This document shows, one piece after another, positions 11,415 through 23,004 of a DNA stretch of 64,000 bases. This DNA comes from Thermodesulfobacteriota bacterium (GTDB taxonomy: Bacteria; Desulfobacterota_D; UBA1144; Nemesobacterales; UBA2774), in assembly GCA_963422265.1 (NCBI GenBank), contig OY729416.1, forward strand, positions 1,120,001-1,184,000. The letters are read 5' to 3'. The position numbers and the translations under genes were made by a program. How positions within the stretch are numbered: the first letter of the stretch is position 1; every line of letters starts with the position of its first letter. Below the pieces are notes generated by a model. It did no database searches. It was not told where the DNA came from and saw only the letters and a list, made by a program, of their open reading frames with translations.

Positions 11415-11460
11415 GAAGCAGGTTAGGACTTTTCCTAGTAAATTTGGTAGTATAATCGCT

Positions 11461-12474
11461 ATGATTGGGATTCAAACTTTAGATGAGTTTATTATCAGAA
11501 AGCAAACGGAGTTTCCCTATGCAACAGGGGAATTATCCAGATTGCTACGCAACATCGCCTTAGCGGCTAAGATAGTCAATAGAGAAGTTAATAAAGCTGG
11601 ACTAGTAGATATAATTGGAGCTGCTGGATTCACGAACGTGCAAGGAGAAGAGGTAAAAAAGCTAGATGTATTAGCCAATCAAAGATTTATAACTTCGCTT
11701 GAATTGGGAGGACAGTGCTGTGGCATCGCCTCTGAAGAAAACGAGGGCTTAATAGTATTTGACGACAAATCATCGTCGCAGGGAAAATACGTAGTCGCAA
11801 TAGATCCGCTTGACGGGTCATCCAACATTGACGTTAACGTATCAGTCGGAACGATATTCTCAATATATAGAAGAATTACGCCGTCAGGAACCGCCTGTGC
11901 GAAAGAGGACTTTCTCCAAAGAGGATCCGCGCAAGCGGCGGCAGGCTACATAATATACGGTTCTTCAACCATGCTGGTCTATACCACTGGACACGGCGTC
12001 AACGGATTTACTTTAGACCCTTCAATCGGTGAATTTTGTCTCTCTCATCCAACCCTGAAAATACCTCGTAACGGAAGAACCTATTCCGTCAACCATGGGA
12101 ATTTCTACGGTTTTTCAGAAAGCATAAAACTGTTCATCAGATACTGCAGAGAAATGGATCAAGACAGCGGACGACCATATTCATTAAGATACATTGGCTC
12201 TATGGTAGCAGATATTCACAGAAACATAATAACAGGAGGAATTTTCCTCTACCCAGCCACTCACGACGCACCCCAGGGTAAGCTGAGGCTCCTCTACGAA
12301 TGTAATCCCATGTCATTCATAGTAGAGCAGGCCGGAGGAAGATCAACGGACGGACATAGGCGAATTCTGGACATTGATCCGAAAGAGCTTCACCAACGAA
12401 GCCCAATACTTATCGGCTCTGAGGAAATGGTTCTCAAGATCGAGGAATACATTAAAAATTCAGATATGAATTAA
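11461..12474 (+). CDS. fbp: Class 1 fructose-1,6-bisphosphatase
   Basis: [32 protein letters not shown]. Confidence 0.96.
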   Translation: MIGIQTLDEFIIRKQTEFPYATGELSRLLRNIALAAKIVNREVNKAGLVDIIGAAGFTNVQGEEVKKLDVLANQRFITSLELGGQCCGIASEENEGLIVFDDKSSSQGKYVVAIDPLDGSSNIDVNVSVGTIFSIYRRITPSGTACAKEDFLQRGSAQAAAGYIIYGSSTMLVYTTGHGVNGFTLDPSIGEFCLSHPTLKIPRNGRTYSVNHGNFYGFSESIKLFIRYCREMDQDSGRPYSLRYIGSMVADIHRNIITGGIFLYPATHDAPQGKLRLLYECNPMSFIVEQAGGRSTDGHRRILDIDPKELHQRSPILIGSEEMVLKIEEYIKNSDMN

Positions 12475-12600
12475 ATACAAACTGACGTTTATACCACACC
12501 GATCACGCTCGGCTATCCTGCATATATTGCAATCTAACCTGACGTAATCCTTGCCAGATTCTATAAAATTAGACATTCAGCATTCTTGAACTAGCCTACC

Positions 12601-12628
12601 TTGACATTCAAACGCCAGAATGTATTTT
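12601..12628 (+). promoter_or_regulatory. Sigma70-like promoter of the acidic small ORF
   Basis: TTGACA-16 bp-TATTTT. Confidence 0.45.
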
Positions 12629-12673
12629 TTCAGGCGGTTTTATAAACGTTTGTAACAGCTAGGAGATAACTAT

Positions 12674-12889
12674 ATGAATACAAGGCTTGAGCTACTAATC
12701 CACGTTCCTACCCTCAATCAGGGCAAAGATGAAGAATGGGGCGATGACAATGATGAATTTGATGAGAGTGATGAGGAATCGTGGGACGAGGAAGACGAGT
12801 TTCTTGATGAGGATGAGTATGGCGAAGATTGGGAAGAAGAGATAGAAGACGATCTGGATGAAGATGAGGATGAAAAGATAATTAATTGA
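12674..12889 (+). CDS. Small, highly acidic hypothetical protein
   Basis: AGGAG RBS, upstream promoter, 36/71 residues D/E. Confidence 0.65.
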   Translation: MNTRLELLIHVPTLNQGKDEEWGDDNDEFDESDEESWDEEDEFLDEDEYGEDWEEEIEDDLDEDEDEKIIN

Positions 12890-13179
12890 GCTATTATAGA
12901 GATACCCTGCGCTCCCCCCCCCCTACTAATACGGCTAGGTCAGTTTAGGTTTCCTAGCGATAGCGGCAAATCCAACTAACGCTCCCCGTGCAAACGGCAA
13001 TTTCCAAAGCTTTAGATCATAAATAGACAAAGGAGAGTGCAGGGCCGGTATTGAACCATGTTATAATCAATTGTTTTAATGCACTTCATCGGTTCAATTT
13101 TGCAGTTATACCGTTAAAATACCGACAAATCTGTAAGCAAAATTTGGGATTTGAACCTGCACCAAAAAATTTTCTGATT

Positions 13180-16100
13180 CTAGTCCTTTTGCATTGAATA
13201 ATGGTAATAGACGCTTTGATCGGACGGTTGTCCAGACTCTAACACGGTAACTTCATCAACCCAGGACTGAAATTGCTCTAGTGTTTTTTCGTGCCGCCGA
13301 TTTAATTTGAAAACATTACAAATAAAGTCAACCGGGTCATTCGGCGACTGTTGTATAGCTAAGCGAGCTAGCCCTTTTGCTTCAGGGTGTGGAACTTCTC
13401 TCCAATCTCGCTCATCACCAAACGCATCGAGACCCCGCCAAGGAATCTCATCGGCCACATCTTCTGGGCTAGACCAAACCACCGGCTTACGATTACCGTA
13501 ACGTTTTATACCTGCCCAAGGTTTGATAAGGTCGGTGACATGACCCAATTGCTTTTTGCTTGTTCGAGACAACCCATGAAGATTCGCTATATCCAAGGCT
13601 AATTCATGGAGAGTGATGCCGTTCTTTTCTTCTAAAATACTTTTGGCAATTCCTATTAGCGTTGGCTTGTAATCGTTATCAAAATATCGTCTGTGATCAT
13701 ATTCACTAACGGTAGAGCTCGACAGGCTCTCCGAGACCTCGGAATCAGTTGCAGAAACGATATCCGAACTATCATCGACTACATCACATAGAACACTATC
13801 TGTTCCTGTTTGTTCTTGAGATTCGGCACGAGCGCTTGCTTCTTTTTCTCTCAACTCAGCTTTACGACGATACTCGGCCAGAATACCTCTCAGTCGATGA
13901 TCAATGCGTGATAAAGCCCCGTCAGAGTCCTGAAAATAGTCTATAGACCATAGTCGAATTAGTCTCCATCCAAGGTTTTCTAGAATGATATGACGTACTC
14001 GGTCACGGTCTCTAGCTGACGGTGAACCGTGATAGGTCGCGCCATCACATTCTACGCCCGCCAAGTACACACCTGGATAATCCGGGTGTACTACACCCAA
14101 ATCAACCCGAAACTTGCTGACCCCGATTTGAGTTTGTATCTTCCAACCTTTATCGCGCAAAGCCCCAGCCACTGCTTGTTCAAAATAGCTGTCGAACTGA
14201 TCCACGCCATAAGTGGCCGTCGATTGCTCAGCCAAGGCAATAGGTCCTCTCTCAGCAAATTCCAAATAGTGTTTCAGATGTTCTACCGCCTGCGCCGATG
14301 TCCAACTTAGATCTATCATTGAGGAGTCAAAACTTGAAAATAACAATATCTCGCTGGTTGCCCGGTTTATGGCAACATTCAATCTCCGTTCGCCACCAGA
14401 CTTATTTAACGGGCCAAAATTCATACTCATAGTGCGCCCACCCGGCTCGGTCGGCCCGTAACCTAAACTTAAAATAATGACATCCCGTTCATCACCCTGT
14501 ACGGACTCAAGATTTTTTACAAATACACCATCGTAGGTATCGGTGGATTGAAAGTAAGGCTCAATTTGGGGATGTTTGTGACGGGCGTCGTCCAACAAAT
14601 CCTCTACCGTACGTTGATGCTCAGTATTCAAGGTAACGACTCCTATGCTCTGTTTACAGCATTCGGGGTCGGTAAGGCGTTTAACAATTTCTTTAACTAC
14701 CTCTTTAGCCTCGATAGGATTATTTCGCCCCTTACCTTTGGCATAAACACCATTTACGCGGTGTAGAGTCACCGCAGAGTCTTTGGTATGCGAGGAGGGA
14801 TATGTAACAAGAGAGTTCTCGTAATATTTGCTGTTCGAGAAAGCTATTAAAGTTTCGTGGCGGCTGCGATAGTGGCCTTTTAATCGTAGATGAGGCAGTC
14901 GAGCTGCCAGCGCTTGATCCAAGATTGACTCGAGATCTTCTTCATCTGGATTATCCGCATCCACAGTTCTACTAAAGAAGTTAGTCGGTGGCATTTGCTT
15001 AGGATCGCCGACCACAATGACGTTTTTTCCTCTGGCAATAGCGCCAACGGAATCCCAAGTTGTCATTTGGGAAGCCTCGTCAAAAACAACCAGATCAAAA
15101 CCTTTAAAGTCAGAGGGAAGAAACTGTGCGACGGATAAAGGCGACATCATCATACAAGGACACAGATCCAATAAGTGCCTGCCCATCTCGTTAATTAGGG
15201 CACGTACGGGCTTATGCCTAGTTTTCTTTTGAAGCTCCCTAGCCAGTACTCCAAACTCCTTAGGGCTATCTTTAGCAAAAGGATCAGGTACTGTTTGTGC
15301 AGCAATGGCGGCAACATAAGCGCTGGTCGTTTCAGCAACTTCAGCATCAATTTGCCTAAATTCAGTTATCAGTTGTTCATGTGTTGATGCTTTAAACTGG
15401 CGTAGCTGGTCACAACTATCAATTAACTGCGGAGCAATCCAGCGACAGAAAGCTGTTAGTACCTGATCCTCAGCATCCTCAGTCAGAATACTTCTTGCCT
15501 CAAGCCCAATCGTCAATGCATTGAGCTGATAGGCTTCAACCGCCTCTTTAGCCGCTAGCTATTCATTCCATGCTTTAAATTTTGGAGCATTATCAATCAG
15601 CCCCTCTATAGCAGGGATTACCTGTTCAAAGGGCTCGCTTTCAGCAAAATGTAACTCTAGTTTCTCGACCTCAGCCGCTATAGCTACATAAGCATCCCAG
15701 CATTTTTTGAACTCATTCTTTTGGTTGATAAGCTTCGAACTATCGAGGAAATCACGCCCATCAACAAGCTTGGACTTAACTGCTGTAAGCACAACTGTAG
15801 GATCGTCAGTCAGACCACGTGTGTCCACCAAGGCTTTATGAGCTGCCTTTCCTCTTATGAAAGCCTCATTCAAACTATCATGTGTTTTATCCCAACCATG
15901 CCAAATATTATCCTCCTCAAAAGGTGGAGCTAGAGTAGTTATTGATTTTTGTAGACCTGTAGCCCTTTCAATACCGGATAGAATCTCCATATCACTGAAT
16001 TTTTCATATCCCAGTTTTTTGGCCGCTCCGTTGATTTTTATTTTCGCAAAGAAACGTTTAAGCCAACTTCCCTGTGCTTGACCATAGGTGGCTGCCCACT

Positions 16101-19092
16101 CGGCGATAGGAGTATTTGTCAATATCTCAGGCGAGATATTATGCCCAATAGCCTTTAGACTCTGATCAAATTCTTTCTTTGTTTCCCCTAGTTTTTCCAG
16201 ATCATTCAATAAACCCTGAACTCCCTTAGCAACAAGATAACTCAGTGGGTTAGATTCCGCTGAATCAATCAATTCTGCTAGAGAATTGATACGAGATATA
16301 TTGGCTAAGGTGTTTTCCCGAAATTCAATGTTGAAGTTTGAAGCTAAAATGGCCGCACTTGGGTACAGTTTGTTAAGTGTTAATTTATAGCGTTCGAGGC
16401 AATCCACCACACTGCTTTGCCAGGCATTAGACCAATTTCGTGCGCTCAAAATACGAAACTGAGCTGCATTAAGATGAGAAACATCATTATAGGCCAATGC
16501 TGCCATCTTGGCAGTTTTCAGCATTTTGTCGAGCTGGTCGTCAGTTTTCACTGGGGCCGCATCGAAGCCGAGTGGCCAGCCAAGTGCTAGAGTATGTTTA
16601 TTTCTGTAGAACACATCCCGCTCTATCGCTTCACGAGCAGATATCCCATAATTTGATTTTTTATGAAGTGCTTCGACAAAACTATTCAGGCGGTCGCGTT
16701 TCCCTTTAAGCGCCCGAACAGACTCTACCCATCCTTCGCTCTTGGCTTCTTCGTGTTTATCCGTCGCCGTTCGTAGCTGTTCAAGTACAGCCTTCTTATT
16801 TGCTTTGTTACTGTGGAGCTCCAAACATAAGTGATCAAGCCCTACTTTCTTCATGCGGCGGTATACCACATGAAGTGCAGCCATTTTTTCCGCAACAAAA
16901 AGTACCTTTCTACCTAGAGCCAGGTTGTGGCAAATAACATTTGCTATTGTCTCTGATTTACCGGTTCCTGGCGGTCCCTCCAATACAAAATCCTGTGGCC
17001 TTCCGGAAGCTTCTACTGCAACGAGTTGGGAGCTGTCACAGTTAAGAGGTGTAAAAACTTTTTCAGGGTTTACCTTTTCGTCTACCTCATCCGGCAACAC
17101 AAAGCTTGCATCTTGCACATAGGCATCTTGGGGATGATCAACCAAATGTTTAACAAAGGGGTTTTCTTTCAGATCGTCAATTCGGTCCTTTAAATCTTTC
17201 CACATCAGATACTTGGCGAAGGAAAAAGAAGCAAGCACAAGGTCTTCAACCACCTCAAAGCCTGGTTGTTCCGCTACCGCTGATCTAACGGTACTCCAGA
17301 CTGAATGCACATCAACACCGGACTCGTCTTCAGGTAACGTTTCACGAAACTGATTAAGATCAATACTGTGCTCGGCGCACAGAAATTCAATCAGCGTCAT
17401 ATTGAATATGGGTGTCTCATAAGGTATTTGACGCACTTTGACAGGGGCTCTGGCACTACTTCTGGTTAGCTCGGCGGGTATTAGTATCAGGGGAGCTCTA
17501 TATGACCTGTCATCTTTGGGGTTTTCTTTCCAGCGCAGCATTCCAAGTGCAAGGTATAAGGTATTTGATCCTCCTTCTTCTAGGTCATTTTTCGCTTTAC
17601 GTAGTAGAGTAATTGCATTCTGTTCCAGCTTTTTCCGGGGCATATTTACCAGAAGCACATTTTTCTTAAGCTGCTCCAAAGCGTACTCTTTGTGGATATC
17701 TGAACCAACCTGTAATCTAAACGTCTCCTCACTGCGTTCGCTGTCGTTTAGAGGACTCTCTTCTGCAGACAGAAATTTAAATGAAACGCCATCAGCCAGG
17801 CTATCTTCCATCGAGCCAATATCTGGGCAATAAAGCTTAATGGCTACCGCTCGATCCTTGAGTGCTAATAAAGCGTTTCGTTTAGTAAGGTCCAAGAGCT
17901 TCCGCTGCCAGGTATCGATGCGAGTGTCGGGTGTTTCTGGGATAACCTGCTCATTTGCCCTCACCGGCGGTAAAGGTGGGATAGGTGGTAAGCTCAAAGA
18001 ATAATCGGCATCAGAACTCTTTTCCTCCGGCTTTTCCTCAACAGTTGATAAAGGCTTTATCTTACAGGCTCTTGCTTGCCCAATGTCGATAACATAAACA
18101 AAATCGTCTTCCTTCTCTTCGCTAATCAACTCGCGAGCATACTCTTTGGCTTGTTCAAAAGTTACTGAAGCCGTATTGGTAACTAAGGTACTCTCAAACA
18201 GCACCATATCGCGGGCATCAACTCGCTTCCTAAGTTCCATCGGATCGTCATTGGTGAGCACTAGGAAACGCTCATCTATTAGCCAAACTCCGACAAAAGC
18301 ATGTTCTTTACCTAATGCAATTACCGGATTCAGTCCCATCAATTCAAGACAACTTGCAAAAAGTAGTGAAGTATCAAGACAAGCCCCTAGCTTAGATGCG
18401 CTGATATCAGTAGCCAATCTGATACGCTGGCCTTGACGGGCGAAACCCGGAGGGGGTGTCACATAGGCAATTTGCTGTGCAAAAATAACATTCCACAGAG
18501 CGGCAGCCATCATGTAAGGCTTTTCCCGAGTATTGGATTGATAGCCATCAGCACTCCGGCCATGCCCACTTTTTTCCAGTACTTCTGTAACCTGACGAAC
18601 TAAGGATTCGACGTAGACACCATTGGGTTTTACGAAAGCAGCTAAAAGCTCGGGCTGCCGGCTCTCACCACCCCAGTAATTAGCTGGTAGAACCGCTATT
18701 GATATATCTTTTCGCCAATAAACAACATTAGGGTCATCAGAAGGACAAACGGTTAACCTCCCCGTAAGCGTTATTTCCTCGGTCAGCTCAAAAAGGACGT
18801 TATGGGGAATACTCAGAGGCCGCTGTTGCAAGGAAATAGTCTGGCCAGGATTTATTTCATCTACAGGCCATTCTTCGGCGGCAAAAAATTCTGGTACTGC
18901 CGTCAATCTAACGACAAGGTCACGTAAAGGGCTCAAATCCTGTGAGATGTCGTTATCAGATGCTTGGTAATGTAAGCGCAGACTGCGAAATAGCGGGTAA
19001 GCATTTTGTTATGCAGCTAATGAAAAGGTAGAAAGATGCTCGACTTTTAGTGTTACTGGTGATTCGGTAATAACGGGTGAATCTATGCTCAT
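13180..19092 (-). pseudogene. DUF4011-SF1 helicase-Vsr-like nuclease-DUF3320 protein (Hhe-type antiphage), two in-frame stops
   Basis: One frame from ATG 19092 to 13180 with TAA at 19009-19011 and TAG at 15559-15561; WQRKLLDLTKRN, GPPGTGKSETI, FDEASQ, GDPKQMPP, VQGDERD, VECDGATYH. Confidence 0.85.
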
Positions 19093-19274
19093 TATTCCTT
19101 AATTCATTATTTTCAAATATTAACAGCCTGCTATTAATACTTACTAAATCTATGGTTATCTAAACATACCATTATTTATTGAAATGATCTTTATTTGAAG
19201 GCAACAAACAGGTACGGCTTGAATACAAGCACTTAATTAATAAATAGAGGCCTAAAAACAACATAAGGCATCCA

Positions 19275-19287
19275 TAACTTATTGATT
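19275..19287 (-). promoter_or_regulatory. IHF consensus site within the island
   Basis: AATCAATAAGTTA matches WATCAANNNNTTR; region is AT-rich, so a chance match is possible. Confidence 0.4.
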
Positions 19288-20238
19288 TTAAATAAAAATA
19301 TAGGCATGCAAGCATAATAGAGCTGAATTCAAAAATTTACCCGCATCTAGCGAATACATACTACCAGATACCAATTAGCAAATATTACGGGCCATCCAAA
19401 TGTCAGCGTCCAGCCAGGGAGTGTGGGGTTGGCTGCTAGCAGCCAACTGGGTCATAATCGTCGTCCACCGTCTCACCACCTGCCGGACTTGTCCAAGAAC
19501 CCTGTAATTGTCCAGTCCAATCAGCCTCTTTACCGAGGGCTTCCAAGATTACCTTTACAGTTAGCAGCGGGTTGCTGGCAATAGGAGCTTGGTACCTTCT
19601 TCAAGATACCATTTCAGGTGTTTTAGCTGGTACTGGTAGGCTCCTTCTACCTGAAATCTTGTCCATAGTAGGGCAGATATTAAGAGAGTATCCGATTGTA
19701 ATGCTCGTTAATTTTCTGCCTGCTGCCTTTAAACGGCGCTTCATTTGCGGGTCTAATAAACCGTAAATTGCCACAGAGACGGGTAACCCACTGATCGCCG
19801 CATTTTTCATTTTGAGTAATCACCTCATGGTTAACTAAGGGTTGAGTTAAGGGTTCAGTGTGTGAATGCAGAAATCCAGTTGGTTCTGATTCACGAAAAA
19901 GTGCCGTCAGTAAACTAATGGCACTTGCCTGCAACACAATTGCCATTGCAGGGCTTACGGTGCGACTAAGTCTGTAGTCGCCACAGTTCAGTGGGGCTAT
20001 TAAAGCAATTAGGTATCGGGCGCTCTACAAAAAACCTTTCAGAAACAAAGAAAAAGGTTTTTTGTTGTGGTCTCCTTCCTGAATTGAACCGCAGATACCG
20101 TCAAAAGTACCGACAAATTTTTTGGCTGTTAATGGAAGTTAGAAGATTGGAGTAAACAGCAATAGATTTTTAACGTACTGTTTTTATTGAATTTTTTGTT
20201 TTTATCGGATTTCTTCGGACGTTATCGGAAGTGCCAAA

Positions 20239-20325
20239 TGGTGCCCGGGGCCGGACTCGAACCGGCACGGGCGTTAACCCGAGGGATTTTAAGTCCCTTG
20301 CGTCTACCAATTCCGCCACCCGGGC
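20239..20325 (-). tRNA. tRNA-Leu(TAA)
   Basis: GCCCGGGTGGCGGAATTGGTAGAC...CT-TAA-AA...long variable arm...GGTTCGAGTCC...CACCA. Confidence 0.97.
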
Positions 20326-20394
20326 ATTGGCTTATTACAACTGAATTAAGTTCAGCATAAGCATAGAATTGCATAATAGAACCTTATAAAAACA

Positions 20395-20469
20395 TGGAGG
20401 CGGCGCCCGGATTCGAACCGGGGCATTGCGGTTTTGCAGACCGCTGCCTTACCACTTGGCTACGCCGCC
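20395..20469 (-). tRNA. tRNA-Cys(GCA)
   Basis: GGCGGCGTAGCCAAGTGGTAAGGC...CT-GCA-AA...GGTTCGAATCC...CTCCA. Confidence 0.97.
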
Positions 20470-20683
20470 TATGATACATTAAATACTATTCCATTATCTT
20501 ATTTTATCGTCATAAATTTCTTTCAATTAGGATAGATTACACAGCTCATACGAGTTATACCGAGAATGAATCTTTATATTGTGAACTTATTCTGAATGAT
20601 TTTTGAAAATTTTCAAGCATCATTATACGTAACTTCATAATCATTAAGTAGAAACCATGATAAAAGTGAAGTCTAACTTGAAG

Positions 20684-20711
20684 TTGACATTTAGAACGAT
20701 TTCCTTATTAT
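20684..20711 (+). promoter_or_regulatory. Sigma70-like promoter of the pan operon
   Basis: TTGACA-16 bp-TATTAT upstream of the structured leader. Confidence 0.5.
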
Positions 20712-20757
20712 CTGTAATCTTTGTATAAAGTTAAGCAAAGGGAACTAGTATTCAAAG

Positions 20758-20790
20758 CCGCTTGGATCTTCATCCATAAGACCAAGACGG
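20758..20790 (+). ncRNA. pan RNA motif-like hairpin in the panB leader
   Basis: CCG-CTTGG-[A]-TCTT...AAGA-CCAAG-[A]-CGG stem with two bulged adenosines, upstream of panB. Confidence 0.7.
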
Positions 20791-20868
20791 GAAGAAACTT
20801 TGGAACGATAAATAACCATAAATTAAGGACGGAACCAGCGCCGTGCCTCCAAAATTAGGCAAACTATC

Positions 20869-20904
20869 AAGCCAGTAGAAATATATGTTTCTATCTGGCT
20901 TTTT
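20869..20904 (+). terminator. Intrinsic terminator/attenuator just before panB
   Basis: AAGCCAG-TAGAAA...TTTCTA-T-CTGGCTT hairpin followed by a short T tract. Confidence 0.6.
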
Positions 20905-20918
20905 GCGTCTTAGAGAGT

Positions 20919-21719
20919 TTGATGAACAAGATTACCGCACCTAAAATCAGATTTATGAAAAATGACGCTAAAGTAGTCATGGTAACTGCTTACGACGCCA
21001 CCACCGCCAATATAGTAGATGAAGCTGGCGTTGATATAATACTGGTCGGAGATTCTCTAGGGAACGTAATACAAGGCTCCCCACACACGCTTGCAGTTAC
21101 GATGGACGAGATGATTTATCATACCAAAATAGTGTCGAGGGGCATAAAGAACGCTCACTTATGCGCGGATATGCCTTTTATGTCCTTTCAGTTATCGAGA
21201 GAAGAAGCTATAAGAAACGCCGGTAGGCTAGTAAAAGAAGCTGGTGCTGAATCGGTTAAAATCGAAATCGCAAAAGAACAACTGGAGACCCTTAGTGGAA
21301 TCTACAACGTCGGTATTCCGGTTATCGGACATATAGGACTCAGACCCCAAGCGATACACTACATGGGAGGATACAAACTGCAGGGCAGAACAAGGCAGGA
21401 AGCCGATGATTTAATGGCTCTTGCCAGAGAGGTAGAAGAAGCGGGAGCCTTCTCACTTCTTCTTGAGGGCATACCACAAAACCTAGCGACAAAGATCACC
21501 GAAGCGGTTGGAATTCCCACAATTGGTATCAGCGCCGGACCCGGATGCGACGGACAGGTGCTAGTAATAAACGATTTGCTAGGCTTATCAGAGGAACCTT
21601 TACCCAAGTTTGTAAAGAAGTACGCAAATCTTAGGCGTATAATGACTGCATCTACAAAACAATACGCAGAGGAAGTAAGAAACGGCTTATTCCCGTCCGC
21701 TGAGCATTCACATGACTGA
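20919..21719 (+). CDS. panB: 3-methyl-2-oxobutanoate hydroxymethyltransferase
   Basis: TAYDA, LVGDSLG, ADMPF, GHIGL, CDGQVLV. Confidence 0.95.
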   Translation: MMNKITAPKIRFMKNDAKVVMVTAYDATTANIVDEAGVDIILVGDSLGNVIQGSPHTLAVTMDEMIYHTKIVSRGIKNAHLCADMPFMSFQLSREEAIRNAGRLVKEAGAESVKIEIAKEQLETLSGIYNVGIPVIGHIGLRPQAIHYMGGYKLQGRTRQEADDLMALAREVEEAGAFSLLLEGIPQNLATKITEAVGIPTIGISAGPGCDGQVLVINDLLGLSEEPLPKFVKKYANLRRIMTASTKQYAEEVRNGLFPSAEHSHD

Positions 21720-22560
21720 AATAAGAATCCTAAACACTACTGAGCAAATGCAGTCTTTCTCCGGCACCCTTAAAAAAGAGGGCAAAAAAATCGCCTTTGT
21801 CCCAACCATGGGAGCCTTGCACGAAGGACATCTTAGCCTTATTAGAGAGGGAAAAAGAAGAGGAGATATTCTTATCGTCAGCATTTTTGTCAACCCCACG
21901 CAATTTGGGCCAAGCGAAGACTATCTAAATTACGCCAGAGATATCAACGAGGATATAAAGAAGCTAAAACTCATAGGTGCAGACGCGGCGTTCGTACCGA
22001 AAGTGGAGACGATCTATCCTGATGGTTTTCAAACCTACGTAGAGGTAGAGAAACTAGAAAAACCCCTGTGCGGTGAGAACCGCCCTGGACACTTTAAGGG
22101 AGTCGCAACAGTAGTGCTCAAGCTGTTTAACATAGTAAAGCCTGACATAGCAATATTTGGCAGGAAGGATTACCAGCAGCTTAAAATAATTGAGAGGATG
22201 GTCAAGGATCTCAACCTAGAAGTAGAAGTGCTGGGAATGCCAATTGTCCGGGAGCAAAGTGGACTTGCTCTAAGCTCAAGAAATGGTTACCTGACCCCTG
22301 AAGACAAGGAGCGGGCTGCCGTGCTATACAAAGCGCTTGTGGAGATAAAAAACAAATTTGACTCTGGAGTAAGAATAGTCGACGATCTGATAGGATCAGG
22401 ACAATTGGTATTAAAACAAGCAAATCTAACTAATGTAGATTACCTAGAAATAAAAAATGGCGAGACTTTGACCATCAAGGACACGGCTGAGTCCGGAGAC
22501 ATCGTAGCGGTAGCGGCAAAAATAGGCAAGTCAAGACTTATTGATAATACTATGCTTTAG
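21712..22560 (+). CDS. panC: Pantoate-beta-alanine ligase
   Basis: PTMGALHEGH, FVNPTQF, RPGHF, SSRN, RLIDN. Confidence 0.96.
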   Translation: MTEIRILNTTEQMQSFSGTLKKEGKKIAFVPTMGALHEGHLSLIREGKRRGDILIVSIFVNPTQFGPSEDYLNYARDINEDIKKLKLIGADAAFVPKVETIYPDGFQTYVEVEKLEKPLCGENRPGHFKGVATVVLKLFNIVKPDIAIFGRKDYQQLKIIERMVKDLNLEVEVLGMPIVREQSGLALSSRNGYLTPEDKERAAVLYKALVEIKNKFDSGVRIVDDLIGSGQLVLKQANLTNVDYLEIKNGETLTIKDTAESGDIVAVAAKIGKSRLIDNTML

Positions 22561-22591
22561 TATATATAATTGGTTAGGGAGGTAGGAATAT

Positions 22592-22981
22592 ATGAATAGG
22601 ACGCTTCTTAAATCTAAAATACATAGGGCAACCGTTACGGAGGCGGATCTGGAGTATGAAGGAAGCCTTACCCTAGACAGAAACCTAATGGATGCAGCGG
22701 ATTTACTCCCTCACGAGCAAGTGCATATTTTCAACATAACGAACGGGTATAGATTCTCAACCTACGTGATAGAGGGTAAAAGGGAATCTAACGTCGTGTG
22801 CGTTAACGGAGCCGCCGCCCACCTCGCAAGAGAAGGAGACTGCCTTATTATCGCAAATTTCGCTTCTTATAACGAAGACGAAGCGAAAACCCACGTCCCC
22901 AAACTTGTCTATGTAGATGAGAACAACGAAATTATCAAGATTAAGCCCGAGCAGAACAAGCTAAAGGTGGCTAAGAACTAG
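22592..22981 (+). CDS. panD: Aspartate 1-decarboxylase
   Basis: [14 protein letters not shown] cleavage site, NGAAA. Confidence 0.96.
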   Translation: MNRTLLKSKIHRATVTEADLEYEGSLTLDRNLMDAADLLPHEQVHIFNITNGYRFSTYVIEGKRESNVVCVNGAAAHLAREGDCLIIANFASYNEDEAKTHVPKLVYVDENNEIIKIKPEQNKLKVAKN

Positions 22982-23004
22982 AAATCAATAATCTTATTAA
23001 TAGG

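Larger units (their letters stand above)
13037..20238. mobile_element. Decayed integrative island at the tRNA-Leu 3' end (no integrase left)
   Basis: Degenerate copy of the tRNA 3' end at 13037-13057; near-identical ATACCGTyAAAA(G)TACCGACAAAT motifs near both ends; defence-gene cargo. Confidence 0.65.

Noticed and set aside
15559..19011. Stop-codon reassignment explaining the in-frame TAA/TAG
   Set aside because: TAA and TAG terminate many intact core genes here (e.g. fbp, panC, guaB), and no suppressor tRNA is seen; the tRNA with a TAA anticodon reads Leu TTA
19572..19946. Short ORFs in the island as satellite genes (e.g. a KilA-N remnant)
   Set aside because: Only a vague KAAG resemblance; cannot be supported without a search
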